Assembly (NCBI GenBank): GCA_964534185.1
Contig: CAZHOH010000004.1
Location: 17,438-81,437, forward strand
Length of the DNA: 64,000 bases
From: Candidatus Woesearchaeota archaeon
GTDB taxonomy: Archaea > Nanobdellota > Nanobdellia > Pacearchaeales > GW2011-AR1
Direction of reading: 5' to 3'
Every line of letters starts with the position of its first letter. The first letter of the stretch is position 1. Of the stretch, positions 1-9,740 are shown one piece after another. Made by a program: the position numbers and the translations under genes. The notes beneath the pieces were generated by a model. That model saw only the letters and a list, made by a program, of their open reading frames with translations. It did no database searches and was not told where the DNA came from.

Positions 1-689
1 TTAAATCGCTTATTTATTTCTATTTTAGTTTCTTCCCAACTTGGACAGCAAATAACATTAGGATTATCTTGATAACCAGTGCTATGAGAATATAAAAAAA
101 TTAATCCTTTATAATTTTGAGGAAGATTTCTTACAACGTCAGGATTATCATCTATCGTTCCTACGACTTCTGGAAATAAAAATTCAAGAAGTTTTGCTTT
201 CCATTCGTCGCTATCGTTAATACATAACTCCTCAAGAAGGTTTTGTTCTGGTTCCATAATGATCTTTCTTTTAGGAAACTTATGCCTTTCTAACCACGCA
301 CTAGTAGATTGATGAAATCCGGATGGTCTTCCAGTTAAGTAAGCTACAATTGGAATTGTTTTGTCTATCTCAAATACTGCTTCTCTCGCTCTTGGTACAG
401 GAGGATATAAATTAATATAATCTCCTGATCTGAAACATTCTTCTATTACTTGCTGTTTGTGGGGATCTTGCCAATAAGGAACATTCCTAACATAACGATA
501 TTTTGCAATGATCTCTCCTGGGAACAACCCTTCAGGATTACTAAAGAGTATGTGAAATCTTTCTGCGAAAAAAAGATTAGCGGTTGTTATTGTGTCATCT
601 ATATCTAAACAAATTCCAGTTGTGCCGGATTTGATCAAGGACTCTTTTAGTTCTCTGTAATGTTCTTCAAGTTTCTTATGGTCTGCCAT
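1..689 (-). CDS. HAD-superfamily hydrolase (possible 5'(3')-nucleotidase-like), 3' end beyond window start
   Basis: Minus-strand ORF starting at the ATG complementary to 687-689 (MADHKKLEEHYRELKESLIKSGTTGICLDIDDTITTANLFF...). It carries HAD motif I, DxDxT (LDIDDTI). It is not in the ORF track because it runs off the window edge; I translated it by hand. Confidence 0.55.
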   Translation of the reverse strand, partial: MADHKKLEEHYRELKESLIKSGTTGICLDIDDTITTANLFFAERFHILFSNPEGLFPGEIIAKYRYVRNVPYWQDPHKQQVIEECFRSGDYINLYPPVPRAREAVFEIDKTIPIVAYLTGRPSGFHQSTSAWLERHKFPKRKIIMEPEQNLLEELCINDSDEWKAKLLEFLFPEVVGTIDDNPDVVRNLPQNYKGLIFLYSHSTGYQDNPNVICCPSWEETKIEINKRF

Positions 690-853
690 TCTATTCAATT
701 ATACTTCTTCTTATAATTTCTTGTTGCTATCTCATTAAAGAGTGCTTGTTTTTAAGTTTTACTATTCTATAGTTAAAACATATTTTCATCTATAAGATTA
801 AATAAACCAAATTTACCAACCGCTAACTTTACAATGTCAGGTGATGTAAAGAT

Positions 854-1876
854 ATGATTGAAAAGGTTAAAATAATCTTAGTTTCTTATTTTTTTATGTA
901 TAATGATGCTGGTTTAACACCTGTGCAATATTTTGCTATGAAGAAAAGTATTGAGTTGGGAAGAATTTTACAGAGAGAGCATCCAGAGATAGCAGAATTA
1001 TTTCGAAGGGGTAATACTTTGGTAGAAATTGTAGAAGAGTTATCCCTTGAATCAAAATATGGTGTGAATCAAAATGCAGCAAGTGCTGCAGTTCAAAGGG
1101 CTATTTCAGGTTATGCAGGCAATTATTCTGGTATTGATTTTGAATATGAAGGACTTATAGAAGAAGATGAAAGAATTAGGATTGGAAAAGAACATAAGTT
1201 AAAAAGTAGTTTTGAAAATGCGCATATATTAATGGAAGAAAAAAGAGGGATATTTGGAAAGACTTTAGAACAACGTGCAGAAGAGGGACGTAGGAATTAT
1301 CATAGAAGTTTGGGGAAATTAACAACAGAACAACGCAGAGCATTTGGTAAAGGGGCTTATCAAAAAGGGTTAGCTAAAAGAACGACAGAACAACGCAGAG
1401 CAGATGCCCATAAAGGAGGTATTGTACAAGGGAATATGCCTTGGACTGATGAGGAAAAGGAATATGTCTATCAATTATCTTTAGATCCGAAATACCAATA
1501 TTCTGAAGGCCCAAATAAAGGTAAAAATGATAGATGGAAAATTATGTCGGAAGTAAATCAAAAATTTCATAGAGGTAATGAAGTTAGAAGTTTGAATTCT
1601 GTAAGTTTGATGATTTCTTATTTAAGAAAAAATTGCGGGGATAAAATTTATACTGTTCCAAAGTGGACAGATGAAGAAAGAGAGCTTATTCGCCAATTAT
1701 CTTTAGATCCGAAATACCAATATTCTGAAGGAAAATTAAAAGGAAAAGTTAATAGGGATTTGGTCTTAGGAGAAATTAATAAGATTTTTCATGGTGGAGA
1801 GGAAGTTAGGACTATCAATGCTTTGAGTGCTGCTCTTTGTGCAATTAGAAAACAGAATAGAATGAAGTCTGATTGA
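854..1876 (+). CDS. hypothetical protein with internally duplicated modules
   Basis: 340-aa ORF. TTEQRRAFGKGAYQKG/TTEQRRADAHKGG and QLSLDPKYQYSEG..(K/N)G modules each occur twice. The DNA repeats ~40 nt near 1470 and 1692, and 18 nt at 1326 and 1386. Confidence 0.5.
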   Translation: MIEKVKIILVSYFFMYNDAGLTPVQYFAMKKSIELGRILQREHPEIAELFRRGNTLVEIVEELSLESKYGVNQNAASAAVQRAISGYAGNYSGIDFEYEGLIEEDERIRIGKEHKLKSSFENAHILMEEKRGIFGKTLEQRAEEGRRNYHRSLGKLTTEQRRAFGKGAYQKGLAKRTTEQRRADAHKGGIVQGNMPWTDEEKEYVYQLSLDPKYQYSEGPNKGKNDRWKIMSEVNQKFHRGNEVRSLNSVSLMISYLRKNCGDKIYTVPKWTDEERELIRQLSLDPKYQYSEGKLKGKVNRDLVLGEINKIFHGGEEVRTINALSAALCAIRKQNRMKSD

Positions 1877-1910
1877 AAAGGTTTTTAACTGAATTTCCTG
1901 TCTGATAGTT

Positions 1911-3632
1911 ATGGCAATTCGACAGCCGATTGTGACAGTTGCAGGACATGTTGATCATGGAAAGACTAGTATTCTTGATTATCTTAGACGGAGTACTATT
2001 GCAGATTATGAAGCAGGGAATATTACACAGAAGATTTCTTTTACGCTTTTTCCTGCAAGATATATCTATGAGAGTTGTCCTTTGATTGACAAGCGTGGGA
2101 TTAATCTTGAGATTCCTGGATTTTTGTTTATTGATACACCGGGGCATGCAGCGTTTAATAATTTAAGGAGGCGGGGCGGGAGTTTGGCTGATTTGGCGAT
2201 TTTGGTTATTGATATTAATGAAGGGATTAAACCGCAAACTGCTGAGGTTTTGCAGTTGTTGAAGCAGAATAAGACTCCATTTATTATTGCTTTGAATAAG
2301 ATTGATAGGATTGGTGGGTGGAATAAACATAGTGATGATTTGAAAGAGAGTATTGAGAAACAGCCACAACATGTTCGCGAAGAATTTGAAGAGAAGTTTT
2401 ATACTTTGGTTGGTGCGTTGAGTAATTATGGTTTTGAGGCAGAGTTGTATTATAAGATAGATGATTTTACTAAGAAGCTTTCTTTGGTTCCGTGTTCTGC
2501 AAAGACGGGTGAGGGAATTCCTGAATTGATGATGGTACTTTGTGGTTTGTCGCAGAAGTTTTTGAAAGAGAGATTGAAGTTAGGAGATAATGCGAAAGGT
2601 GTTGTGCTTGAGGTTAAGAAGGAGAGGGCTATGAATTATATTGAAGCAATTTTGTATGATGGAGTTTTGAAGACAGGTGATGAGATTGCTGTTGCGAGTT
2701 TTGATAATCCTGTTTTTACAAAAGTGAAAGCGATTGAAGAGATTCAGCCGGTTTCTAATAAGTTTAAGGGAGTTAAGGAAAGTTTTGCTGCCTCAGGTAT
2801 TAGGATTCAGACAACGATTCGTGAGAGTTTGTTGCCAGGAATGCCTTTTACGACTTTTGATTCTGTTGATGAGGTTAAAGATATTGGAAAAGAAGTTTCT
2901 CAAAGTGTTAGGTGTGATAAAAAAGGGATTATAGTTAAAGCAGATTCACTTGGGAGTTTAGAGGCGATGATTACACTTTTGAAAGAGAAAAATGTTAAGA
3001 TTGTTAAGGCAGGGATTGGAGATATTAATAAGTCTGATATTTTAAGTGCAAAGGCTAATCTTGATATTGAACCTGTTGATTCTATTGTGTTAGGTTTTAA
3101 TGTTGATGTTGATGATGAAGTAAAAAATATGTCTGGGGTGAGGGTGATAATTGGAGATGTTGTTTACAAACTTATTGATGAGCTTGAAGAATTTCGGCAG
3201 GAGAAGAGCAAAGAAATTGAAAGGCAGAGATTAATGGGGTTGGCTACTGTTGGGAAATTTGAGATTTTGCACGAGTATGTTTTTAGGAATACAAGTCCTG
3301 CGATTTTTGGGGTGAGAGTTGTTGGAGGGAAATTGAAGTCTGGTTTGGAATTGATTGATGAAAATGGCGAAAGTGTTGGGAAGGTTAAAAATATTCAGGC
3401 TGAGAAAAAGAGTGTTAATGAAGTTAATGAGAGTATGGAGGTTGCGATTTCTGTTCCTGGGATTAATTTTGAGAGGAAGATGAAAGAGAAGAGGTTTTTG
3501 TATTCTAATTTGTCTGAAAAAGAGTTTAAGAAGTTTAGAGATAATCGTGATTTGCTTTCTTCTTCAGAGATTTCTGTTTTGCAGGAAATCAAGAGGGTAA
3601 AGCAGAAGGTGGAGGAGGGGTGGGGTGGTTGA
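1911..3632 (+). CDS. infB: translation initiation factor aIF5B (IF-2 family GTPase)
   Basis: G1 motif AGHVDHGKTS, G3 DTPGH and G4 NKID are present. Domain order and length (573 aa) are consistent with archaeal aIF5B. Confidence 0.9.
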   Translation: MAIRQPIVTVAGHVDHGKTSILDYLRRSTIADYEAGNITQKISFTLFPARYIYESCPLIDKRGINLEIPGFLFIDTPGHAAFNNLRRRGGSLADLAILVIDINEGIKPQTAEVLQLLKQNKTPFIIALNKIDRIGGWNKHSDDLKESIEKQPQHVREEFEEKFYTLVGALSNYGFEAELYYKIDDFTKKLSLVPCSAKTGEGIPELMMVLCGLSQKFLKERLKLGDNAKGVVLEVKKERAMNYIEAILYDGVLKTGDEIAVASFDNPVFTKVKAIEEIQPVSNKFKGVKESFAASGIRIQTTIRESLLPGMPFTTFDSVDEVKDIGKEVSQSVRCDKKGIIVKADSLGSLEAMITLLKEKNVKIVKAGIGDINKSDILSAKANLDIEPVDSIVLGFNVDVDDEVKNMSGVRVIIGDVVYKLIDELEEFRQEKSKEIERQRLMGLATVGKFEILHEYVFRNTSPAIFGVRVVGGKLKSGLELIDENGESVGKVKNIQAEKKSVNEVNESMEVAISVPGINFERKMKEKRFLYSNLSEKEFKKFRDNRDLLSSSEISVLQEIKRVKQKVEEGWGG

Positions 3633-3671
3633 TTTTTTTAGTATAGTAATTTTTATAAATGATGGGTTTTC

Positions 3672-4265
3672 TTGGGTTTGATGGATGAGAACAATATTCG
3701 ATTTGAGCTTGTTAATGGAGATGAGAATTGTCCTGTTAATCTTTCAGTTATGTATGTTCCTGTTATGAGTAGTGAGGGTTTAAAATTCAGATATTTGCTG
3801 GGATATGTTGACTTGGATAATCCCTCTCTTGATGTTGATAATCCTGATTCTTTTGATATTTCTAGGCTGGATTTTTATGCAGATAGGGAAAGTTATTTTG
3901 CAAGACTTGGTAATCTGGATGTTTATAAATCTGAAAATCCTGTTTTAGAACACGCGAGATTGAGAGATATTGATGGATGGTTAACTGAATCTATGGGGTT
4001 GGTTCTTAGAGATGTTTTAGAAAGTGAGGCTTGTCATGAATTTCCTACTGATGATGAAGTTTTGGACGTTTTTTATTATGTTGAGCATATTAAAGGTGAG
4101 GGGCATGCTATTTCCCTTTATAATGTTATGTCTGAAGTAATGCCTTCTGAGATTGCTCCTAAAGTTGTTGAGAGGAAGCTGGAAAGAATGGTGAAAGAGG
4201 GTAAATTGGAATGGAATTGGGAAGGAAAATTGAAATTATCAGATGATTATTTTAGTCTTTTTTAA
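3672..4265 (+). CDS. hypothetical protein
   Basis: 197-aa acidic ORF with no recognisable motif. It is tightly packed after infB. Confidence 0.4.
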   Translation: MGLMDENNIRFELVNGDENCPVNLSVMYVPVMSSEGLKFRYLLGYVDLDNPSLDVDNPDSFDISRLDFYADRESYFARLGNLDVYKSENPVLEHARLRDIDGWLTESMGLVLRDVLESEACHEFPTDDEVLDVFYYVEHIKGEGHAISLYNVMSEVMPSEIAPKVVERKLERMVKEGKLEWNWEGKLKLSDDYFSLF

Positions 4266-4886
4266 TTAGTTCCCCATGTAGAGAGTTTCCCATCTTCTGA
4301 TCATGTGTTCTGGGACTTCGATTTTGTTTTTGTCTTTTTTTATTTTTTGTTGGTTGAATCTGAAGATTATTCCGAAGATTGCGCCGAATGCGATTCCTGA
4401 AAGGTGTGCGATGTGTCCTGTGTTGTCTGGGATGAAAATTCCTACTGCGTCGATGATTATCCAGATAACTGCTGCAACTGCCATTGGGACTATCATGCCG
4501 AATGCCCATACCATCATTGTTGGGCGGATTATTGCTAAAGCTCCGATTATTCCCATTATTGCCCCTGATGCTCCTAAGGATGAAGGGTAGAAATTGAATG
4601 CTATGAAATTTGCCAGAATTCCAGAGATTAAGAAAATTCCGAGGAATTTTTCACTGCCGACTGTTTTTTCTAAAATGAAACCGAAAAGTATTAGTGCGAA
4701 TAGGTTTGAGAGGATGTGTGAAAGACTTCCGTGAAGGAAAATTGCTGATATGAATCTCCAAGGTTGTGTTATTGATAGTTGGTTTAGAACTAAGGATTCT
4801 GTGAATCCATTGATAACTTGTTGTAGTATGAAGACTGCGATGAGGATTAGTGCAATCCAGAGGGTGTAATATTTTTCTTTTGCCAT
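4266..4886 (-). CDS. rhomboid-family intramembrane serine protease
   Basis: Multi-TM protein with the GASG catalytic-serine motif (LGASGAIMGIIG) and a downstream His in AHLSGIAFG. Size fits a 6-TM rhomboid. Confidence 0.8.
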   Translation of the reverse strand: MAKEKYYTLWIALILIAVFILQQVINGFTESLVLNQLSITQPWRFISAIFLHGSLSHILSNLFALILFGFILEKTVGSEKFLGIFLISGILANFIAFNFYPSSLGASGAIMGIIGALAIIRPTMMVWAFGMIVPMAVAAVIWIIIDAVGIFIPDNTGHIAHLSGIAFGAIFGIIFRFNQQKIKKDKNKIEVPEHMIRRWETLYMGN

Positions 4887-4928
4887 TTAGATTATTGTTT
4901 TTGATGGTATAAAAAGTTTCTTGAAAAA

Positions 4929-5210
4929 CTACATAAATTTCCTTTTTATGGGGTCATTTAATCGTTCTTCAAATTTAGATAATGGATATTCTTCAATAAC
5001 ATCTCTTATACTTTCAAATGCAGCACTACTTTTTGGATGATATCCTATTCCACTAGCTTCAAAAAGAGTTTCTAACACTTCGGGAGTTAATCTTAATCTA
5101 TTTATTATATCTTCATTATTGCCGTCGTAATTTAATGCAGCATCAGGATCATTAATGAACCAAGAGCTAGCCCATCCATTGATTCTTCCGCGCCTGTATA
5201 GTCTTACCAT
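4929..5210 (-). CDS. hypothetical protein
   Basis: 93-aa ORF with no recognisable motif, located immediately upstream of tRNA-His. Confidence 0.35.
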   Translation of the reverse strand: MVRLYRRGRINGWASSWFINDPDAALNYDGNNEDIINRLRLTPEVLETLFEASGIGYHPKSSAAFESIRDVIEEYPLSKFEERLNDPIKRKFM

Positions 5211-5297
5211 AGGGTTTAGGTTTTTTTTTGTTTTATAAATCTTATTATTTTGCTGTGCTCGTTAAGTTTTTATAAGGTGATTTTGTGATATTTCTAT

Positions 5298-5370
5298 GGC
5301 GGTCGTAGTTTAGTGGCAGAACGCACGGTTGTGGTCCGTGAAACGAGAGTTCGATTCTCTCCTTCCGTCC
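5298..5370 (+). tRNA. tRNA-His (anticodon GTG) with extra 5' G(-1); acceptor stem imperfect
   Basis: Read by eye. G-1 is followed by GCGGTCG, U8 A9, D-stem GTTT/GAAC with loop AGTGGCA, and anticodon stem CACGG/CCGTG with loop TTGTGGT (anticodon GTG, U33, G37). The T-arm is GAGAG-TTCGATT-CTCTC and the 3' strand is CTTCCGT-C73. Acceptor pairing is 5 of 7 (G1.U72 wobble; U5:U68 and C6:U67 mismatches). G-1:C73 is as expected for His. Confidence 0.6.
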
Positions 5371-5419
5371 TTTTGTTAATTATATAAATCCTTATTAATC
5401 TGTTATTAATTATCGGTTT

Positions 5420-6586
5420 ATGATATTTGACGATTTGGTAAATTTATTGAGGGATAATTTTGGGCATATTGAAAGGGGAGATAAAAGGCATGTAGGACTT
5501 TTAGAGAGGCTTGAAGATACTAGAAGGTTAGCTGATGAAAGTGGAAATCCCGAAAAGTTTTATGAAGAAGTAAAAAATTATTTAGATAGTTCTCTATTCA
5601 GAGAATTTATATTAGACCAATATGGCTTAATTACTACTGGTGCTTTATTAACAGAGTTAGAAAGAGAGTCAAAATTATTTCTTTTGGATTATCCTATTGT
5701 TGATTCTTTATATGGTGAACCTCATGGAAATTTAAACTATGCAGATTCTATTCGATTGCCTTTTCCTTCAATGTTTTTTGAATTTGAAGAGCCTTTACGA
5801 GTAAGTAGGTTTAATCATGAAGAAGGAGATCTTGCTGCAATGATATTTAGGAACGGACAAGATTCACAAAAGTTTTTATGGAGGTCTTCAAGGAAACTGC
5901 AGAGAAATATTTCCTTTTTGGATGATTTTTTTAGAACCAATATTGATGATGCTGGTTCTCCAGACGAAGAAGAATATGATATAGATGCTATTTACACTAA
6001 AAATGGGAGATTGATTCCAAATATGGATAGGATTGTATTCGATAGAAATCGTTTGCCTAGTTTCCAGATTTATTTAGGTAATGGTGCTTATTGTTATGAT
6101 AGCTCTTCAGGAACTATTGAGCATAGGTTAATGAATAGGAACATGTTAGCGTTTGAAAAAGATGGAAATATAAAAATAATGAGAGAATTTGAATCTGATG
6201 ACTCTGGCCATGATTTTAGTTCTCCATTGAAAATAATTGATTTAGTCTTGAATACTATAAATTATGTTAATGCCCAAAATATCATTATTCAATCTGATAG
6301 GGGGAAAAGAAAAGTTGGTAGGGGCAGACAACCTCCCTCTTCAAAGAAACCTTATTATTGGGTTGAAGTAAAAAAGACCTATGTGCAACCAGAAGAATTC
6401 ACTGGAAAATCTTGGCAGTTAAATTATAGGGTTTGGGTTAGAGGGCATTTTAGACATTATCAAAATGGGAATTGTAGTTGGATACAACCTTATGTTAAAG
6501 GTCCTGAAAATGCTCCGTGGAAACACAATAGATATAAGTTATTATATGAAAAAACTATTCAACCTTTTAGAGAAGGAAAGGAATAA
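5420..6586 (+). CDS. hypothetical protein
   Basis: 388-aa ORF of unknown function with a basic, W/Y-rich C-terminus. It lies directly downstream of tRNA-His. Confidence 0.4.
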   Translation: MIFDDLVNLLRDNFGHIERGDKRHVGLLERLEDTRRLADESGNPEKFYEEVKNYLDSSLFREFILDQYGLITTGALLTELERESKLFLLDYPIVDSLYGEPHGNLNYADSIRLPFPSMFFEFEEPLRVSRFNHEEGDLAAMIFRNGQDSQKFLWRSSRKLQRNISFLDDFFRTNIDDAGSPDEEEYDIDAIYTKNGRLIPNMDRIVFDRNRLPSFQIYLGNGAYCYDSSSGTIEHRLMNRNMLAFEKDGNIKIMREFESDDSGHDFSSPLKIIDLVLNTINYVNAQNIIIQSDRGKRKVGRGRQPPSSKKPYYWVEVKKTYVQPEEFTGKSWQLNYRVWVRGHFRHYQNGNCSWIQPYVKGPENAPWKHNRYKLLYEKTIQPFREGKE

Positions 6587-6593
6587 AAGGAGG

Positions 6594-7316
6594 TTATTCT
6601 CCTTTTGGTGGCTGGACTGACTGCATTTTGATTTCTTCTATTATTGCGTCGTCTGGGAGTTTTAGTAAGAATGCAATTGTGTCTGCGATGTTTTCTGGTT
6701 TGATTGCTTTTGAGGTGTTTGTTTTCCAATCTGTTTTGTCAAAGAAAGGAGTGTCTACTGTGCCTGGCATGAAGTTTGTTACTCCAACTTTGTATTTTCT
6801 TGCTTCTTCTCTTAGTGAGTTTGTGAATCCTCTTACTCCGTATTTTGCAGCTGTGTATCCTGAACATTTTGCACAGAATTTTTCTGCCCAGAGTGATGTG
6901 AGATTTACTATGCGTCCCTGCTTGTTTTTGTAAATGTGTGGGAGAGAGTATTTTGTCAGAAGGAAAGTTCCTTTTAACATTACGTCTATGTGCTTGTCAA
7001 AGTCTTCGGGTTTCATATCTTCGACGTTTTCAAATATTCCGAGCCCTGCGACGTTGATTAGGATGTTTACTGTTTTGTATTTTTTTATTGTTTCTTTTAC
7101 TGCATTTTCAATGTCTTTTTGTTTTGTTACGTCTGTTTCTACTACAAGTGCTTCGCCTCCTGTTGTTTCAATTGCCTCTTCTAATTCTTTTAATTTTTCT
7201 TTTGAACGTGCTAATAAGACGACTTTTGCCTCTTCTTCTGCGAGTTTTATTGCTATTTGTTTTCCTATTCCAGAACTGGCACCTGTAACAATCACGACTT
7301 TGTTTTTTAGTTCCAT
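6594..7316 (-). CDS. short-chain dehydrogenase/reductase (SDR) family oxidoreductase
   Basis: N-terminal TGASSGIG Rossmann motif, NVAG, and the YxxxK active site (YTAAK). Length is 240 aa. Confidence 0.85.
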   Translation of the reverse strand: MELKNKVVIVTGASSGIGKQIAIKLAEEEAKVVLLARSKEKLKELEEAIETTGGEALVVETDVTKQKDIENAVKETIKKYKTVNILINVAGLGIFENVEDMKPEDFDKHIDVMLKGTFLLTKYSLPHIYKNKQGRIVNLTSLWAEKFCAKCSGYTAAKYGVRGFTNSLREEARKYKVGVTNFMPGTVDTPFFDKTDWKTNTSKAIKPENIADTIAFLLKLPDDAIIEEIKMQSVQPPKGE

Positions 7317-7876
7317 ATAAGTTTTTAGTGTTTAAGTTATATAAGTGTTTTGGAAAGTTATTTAAAATCTTTTTGTTGATTAGTTTAATGAAAAGATAAA
7401 CTAAGGAAAATTTAAATTTAGTTTCTTTAGTTGCAGGGATTGTTTTGATAATAACTGGTTTAGGAGGTTTTGCAATTACTATTCCTACAAAAGAGGTTAT
7501 TGTTATGGTTCCTGTAATTTCTTTGATTGTTGGGGCGGTGTTGGCTTTAATGGGCGGACTTCGAAAATGGGGCTAAGTGAGAAGGAGATTATTTTATTAA
7601 ATTTTAGACACTAAACTTATCTTACTTATATAAGTGTAATTTGGACTGTTGCTATTTCTTTATTTGTTGGCATTATCTCTTATATTTTTGTGTCTATTAA
7701 AACTTTACTTATGGATTTATACTTTCTTGTAATTTTGGTATCAATTTTAATTTTTATAGAGATAGCTTTTATTTCTGTTTATTTCTGGATTAATAGTAAA
7801 AAAGATAATTTGGAAAACTTGGTGAGAATTAAATTTAACTAGAAAGTTATTTAAGTTTTGAATTTGTGATTTTTTT

Positions 7877-8230
7877 ATGGATAGGAAAATTAGGAATGTT
7901 TTTTTAACTTTGATTTTGATGATTGCTGGACTTGTTTTTTTAAAATTTATCCCAATGGAAGTTTATGGTTATGATATTTTGTTTGATGCTTCTGCGCATT
8001 TTGTTATTGTTGCTTTTGTTCTTTATGCAATTTATTTTTTTATTGACCAGAATAAATCTTGGAGGATTCCTTATTTTGTTTTTGCTTTTGTTGTTTTGGG
8101 AGTTGTTTCTATTCAGAGGATTAATATAAATGCGCATAATGATATTGGGTTGTTATTGGGTTTGCTGATTGTTGTTTTTTCTATTGGGATTTCGCATTGG
8201 ATGGATATTAGGGGGAAGATTGATTTTTGA
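7877..8230 (+). CDS. hypothetical membrane protein
   Basis: 117-aa ORF with 3-4 hydrophobic segments. Confidence 0.4.
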   Translation: MDRKIRNVFLTLILMIAGLVFLKFIPMEVYGYDILFDASAHFVIVAFVLYAIYFFIDQNKSWRIPYFVFAFVVLGVVSIQRININAHNDIGLLLGLLIVVFSIGISHWMDIRGKIDF

Positions 8231-8550
8231 ATGGGAAGTTATTTATAGTTTCAAGTGTTTTAGTTAAGATGGTTGATATGTTGGAGATTATTGCTAGGAG
8301 ACCAAAATTTGAAGAAATAAGAAATTATAAATCTATAGAAATTTTAGATAGTTCTGTTGAAGTTTGTCCGAATGATGGTGCGAGATTGGTGTATTTTGGT
8401 ATGGGAAAGCATTCTGGTTCATTAGGTTTTCGAGAAGAATATTTTTGTGAAAGATGTGGGTATCGAGCTTTGGTAAAACCTTCTGAAGAAGCTATGATAA
8501 AATATGAAGAAGAAAATAGCCATATGAAGTTTAAGTCTGCGGATGTTTAA
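8227..8550 (+). CDS. hypothetical zinc-ribbon protein
   Basis: 107-aa ORF with two Cys pairs (CPNDG...CERCG). Its start overlaps the stop of the upstream ORF. Confidence 0.4.
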   Translation: MNGKLFIVSSVLVKMVDMLEIIARRPKFEEIRNYKSIEILDSSVEVCPNDGARLVYFGMGKHSGSLGFREEYFCERCGYRALVKPSEEAMIKYEEENSHMKFKSADV

Positions 8551-8591
8551 TTTTAACATAATTTTTTAAAGTATTTTGTATTTGGTTATTT

Positions 8592-9740
8592 ATGGAAACT
8601 GTGAAAGGATTTAAGGATTATGACGGCGAGGAAGCTTTAAAGCGGGCGAAGATTCGTGAAATTGTAGTTGGGACTTTTGAAGAGTTTGGTTTTGAACCTG
8701 CTGAAACTCCTGTGATTGAGGATGAGGAATTTGTTAAGGGAGACAATGAAAAGGACGAGGCTGTGAGTGATGTTTATCGTTTGGGTGATAAGGGAGGAAG
8801 GAAACTTGCTTTGAGGTATGAATTTACTTTTCAGTTAAAGAGGCTTGCTAAGAATAAGAAGCTGCCTTATCGTCGGTATCAAATTGGAGTTGTTTTTAGG
8901 GATGAGCCTGCGACTGGGAATCGTTCAAGACAGTTTGTTTCTTGCGATGTTGATGTGATTGGGGCAAGTGTTAAAAACGAAGCTGAAGTTTTGAGTGCTG
9001 CTAGTGTTTTGTTAAAGAAATTGGGAATTAAAGGAATAATTTATGTTAATAATCGGAAATTGATTAATGAAATTTTAGATAGTGAAGGGGTTAAAGATAA
9101 GGGGGCGGTTATTCGTGAGATTGATAAGCTAGACAAGATTTCTGAGAAAGAAGTTAAGGCGAATTTGAAAAAGTATGGTGCTGAAAGTGTTGTTGGGATT
9201 TTTAAAAAACCTGAGAGTTATTTTAAGAAGTATGAAAGTTATAATGAGATTGAAGAGTTGAAAAAGTATTGTGGTTATTTTGGTGTTAAGGTTGAGTTTT
9301 TGCCGAGTCTTGCACGGGGTTTGAGTTATTATAATGGGACGATTTTTGAGATAAAGGTGGGAGGGATTCGCGAGACGATTTTTGGGGGTGGTGCTTATAA
9401 TTTTAATAATGTGCAGGGTTTTGGTTTTGGAGTTAGTCTTGAAAGGCTGAGTATTGTTGCTAAGATTAAGATTGAGAATGAAAGTGTTTTAGTTATTTCT
9501 ATTGATAAAGATAAAGAAGCGATTAAATTGGCTAGTGATTTGCGGGGGAAGGGGGTTGGATGTTTTGTTTATTATGGAAAGAGTGGAAAGGGTTTGGATT
9601 ATGCAAATGCAAAGAAAATGAAGTATGTTGTTTTTGTCGGTGAGCGTGAAGTTAAAAGTGGGAAGTTTACTTTGAAGGATTTGAATTCTGGAAAAGAGTT
9701 TAAAGTGGATGTTAAAGAGATTGTTAAGAAGTTGAGTTAA
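8592..9740 (+). CDS. hisS: histidyl-tRNA synthetase (class II)
   Basis: Class II HisRS motif 2 region (LRYEFTFQLKRL...YRRYQIGVVFRDEPATGNRSRQFVSCDVDVIG). The C-terminus looks like an anticodon-binding domain (VISIDKD...VFVGEREVKSGKFTLKDL). At 382 aa it is somewhat short. Confidence 0.8.
   Translation: METVKGFKDYDGEEALKRAKIREIVVGTFEEFGFEPAETPVIEDEEFVKGDNEKDEAVSDVYRLGDKGGRKLALRYEFTFQLKRLAKNKKLPYRRYQIGVVFRDEPATGNRSRQFVSCDVDVIGASVKNEAEVLSAASVLLKKLGIKGIIYVNNRKLINEILDSEGVKDKGAVIREIDKLDKISEKEVKANLKKYGAESVVGIFKKPESYFKKYESYNEIEELKKYCGYFGVKVEFLPSLARGLSYYNGTIFEIKVGGIRETIFGGGAYNFNNVQGFGFGVSLERLSIVAKIKIENESVLVISIDKDKEAIKLASDLRGKGVGCFVYYGKSGKGLDYANAKKMKYVVFVGEREVKSGKFTLKDLNSGKEFKVDVKEIVKKLS

Noticed and set aside
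1845-2372. Minus-strand ORFs 1845-2147 and 2163-2372
   Set aside because: These are embedded antisense to the aIF5B GTPase domain and are shadow ORFs.
5298-5370. Possibility that the tRNA-His-like element is not a tRNA because its acceptor halves looked non-complementary
   Set aside because: Allowing G.U pairing gives 5 of 7 pairs plus G-1:C73, and the other arms are canonical. It is kept as a tRNA with a noted defect rather than discarded.
6628-7320. Plus-strand ORFs 6628-6933 and 6934-7320
   Set aside because: These are shadow frames opposite the SDR oxidoreductase gene. They are S/F-rich with no motifs.
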